A program made the translations under genes and the position numbers. A DNA stretch of 63,995 bases, counting the filler, from Thelocarpon superellum (lineage: Eukaryota), in NCBI GenBank assembly GCA_026025795.1. It is 5 parts of 5 records of this genome, joined end to end, with 100 filler letters (N's around TTAATTAATTAA, not from the genome) between each part and the next. Parts side by side here need not be neighbours in the genome. Positions count along the whole stretch, not along the records: positions 52,267 to 63,995 come from JAPEUG010000495.1; 4 more parts are not named here. One strand, written 5' to 3'. Positions 63,249 to 63,995 of the stretch are shown here, piece after piece (position 1 is the first letter of the stretch; each line of letters starts with the position of its first letter). The notes under the pieces were generated by a model. That model saw only the letters and a program-made list of their open reading frames with translations. It did not search any database and had not been told where the DNA came from.

Positions 63249-63795
63249 GGTGGCGGGTCTGGTCTATGCGTGAGCGAGATGGAGGAGAAGGGTGGGCTGG
63301 GGCTGCTGTTGGTCTTGTGCGTGTTCGCGTGCGGATCGTGGTGCTGCACGGAGCATGGGCGGACGAGGGGGGGATTTATATCTTCGGGCGAGCGTCGCCC
63401 GGCGCACGGACGACGGGACGACTCGAGGCGGACTGGAGACGATGTCCCCACGGGCGCTGGACATGCCGGAGGGCGTGCAACTGGCCGGGGAGGGGGGCAA
63501 ACAATCGTGCATTGGCGCTTTGCCGGGGTGGGGGGAGGAGGTGGGATGGAGAGGACGGGCGTCGAGGGTCGAGATCGAGGTCGCTGCACCTGACGCGGCA
63601 GTTTGCCTGCAACGCGACGCGACTAGCGCGAGGCGGCGTGTAGCGGGTACTTGCGATTGCCGCTAGATGTGGTGGGAGATTGGCGTAGCGGTACTTGGAG
63701 CTGAGCTGGTAGCTGCTTCGGGCTAGTCAAGTTTGATGTCGAGTCCCGCCGCCGCCAGGATCGTGACAAAGTGCAATGGAGAGCTCGCCGGTCGG

Positions 63796-63857
63796 GTGCA
63801 TCGTGCATCATACATTGTGCATCGTGCATCATACATCGTGCATCGTGCATCATGCAT
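63796..63857 (+). repeat. 21-nt tandem repeat x3 built from (GTGCATC)-like 7-mers
   Basis: GTGCATCGTGCATCATACAT(T/C) repeated. Confidence 0.9.
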
Positions 63858-63995
63858 GGGGGGCCTCGTCTCTGTCCGTCATTCCATCGCCATTGCACCC
63901 TCGGCCGAGGACATGAGGTGGATGTAACGTGGGCAGGGAAGATGGACATTGGCCGCATCTCATTCGGTCGCGATCTGCAGGTAGCAAACAATCGC

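Noticed and set aside
61695..63593. 632-aa plus-strand ORF opposite APC5
   Set aside because: Antisense shadow of the GC-rich APC5 CDS.

Overview
Eukaryotic, GC-rich, intron-containing DNA from a filamentous ascomycete (Pezizomycotina). The window is not contiguous. It holds five separate ~13-kb contigs joined by 100-nt N44-TTAATTAATTAA-N44 spacers (13002-13101, 26092-26191, 39147-39246, 52167-52266). Contig 1: small secreted protein, COX20, intronless POL2, GH5 mannanase. Contig 2: U2AF large subunit (5'-truncated), YBP1/DUF1760-like gene, a tiny spliced CaaX ORF that looks like an a-factor-type mating pheromone precursor, a secreted Pro/Thr-rich protein, cyanase CYN1, and an orphan zinc-finger protein. 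Contig 3: HELQ-like helicase, WrbA/Pst2 quinone reductase, MSH1, YDJ1, FCY1 (3'-truncated). Contig 4: glutaminyl cyclase, RRN9-domain protein, MTC4, SSADH. Contig 5: a 3.9-kb gene-free, repeat-rich segment, then APN2-COX13-APC5, the conserved MAT-locus flank. Highlights: (1) the candidate 34-aa lipopeptide pheromone MSPVTVTATASAAQNDSPKPVDSQSQPGWGCCVM, with a TATA box, clustered HMG-box motifs and linkage to cyanase; (2) no recognisable MAT gene next to APN2; (3) a ~37-nt repeat family clustered in gene-free regions of two different contigs. Exon boundaries were read by eye; no searches were run.
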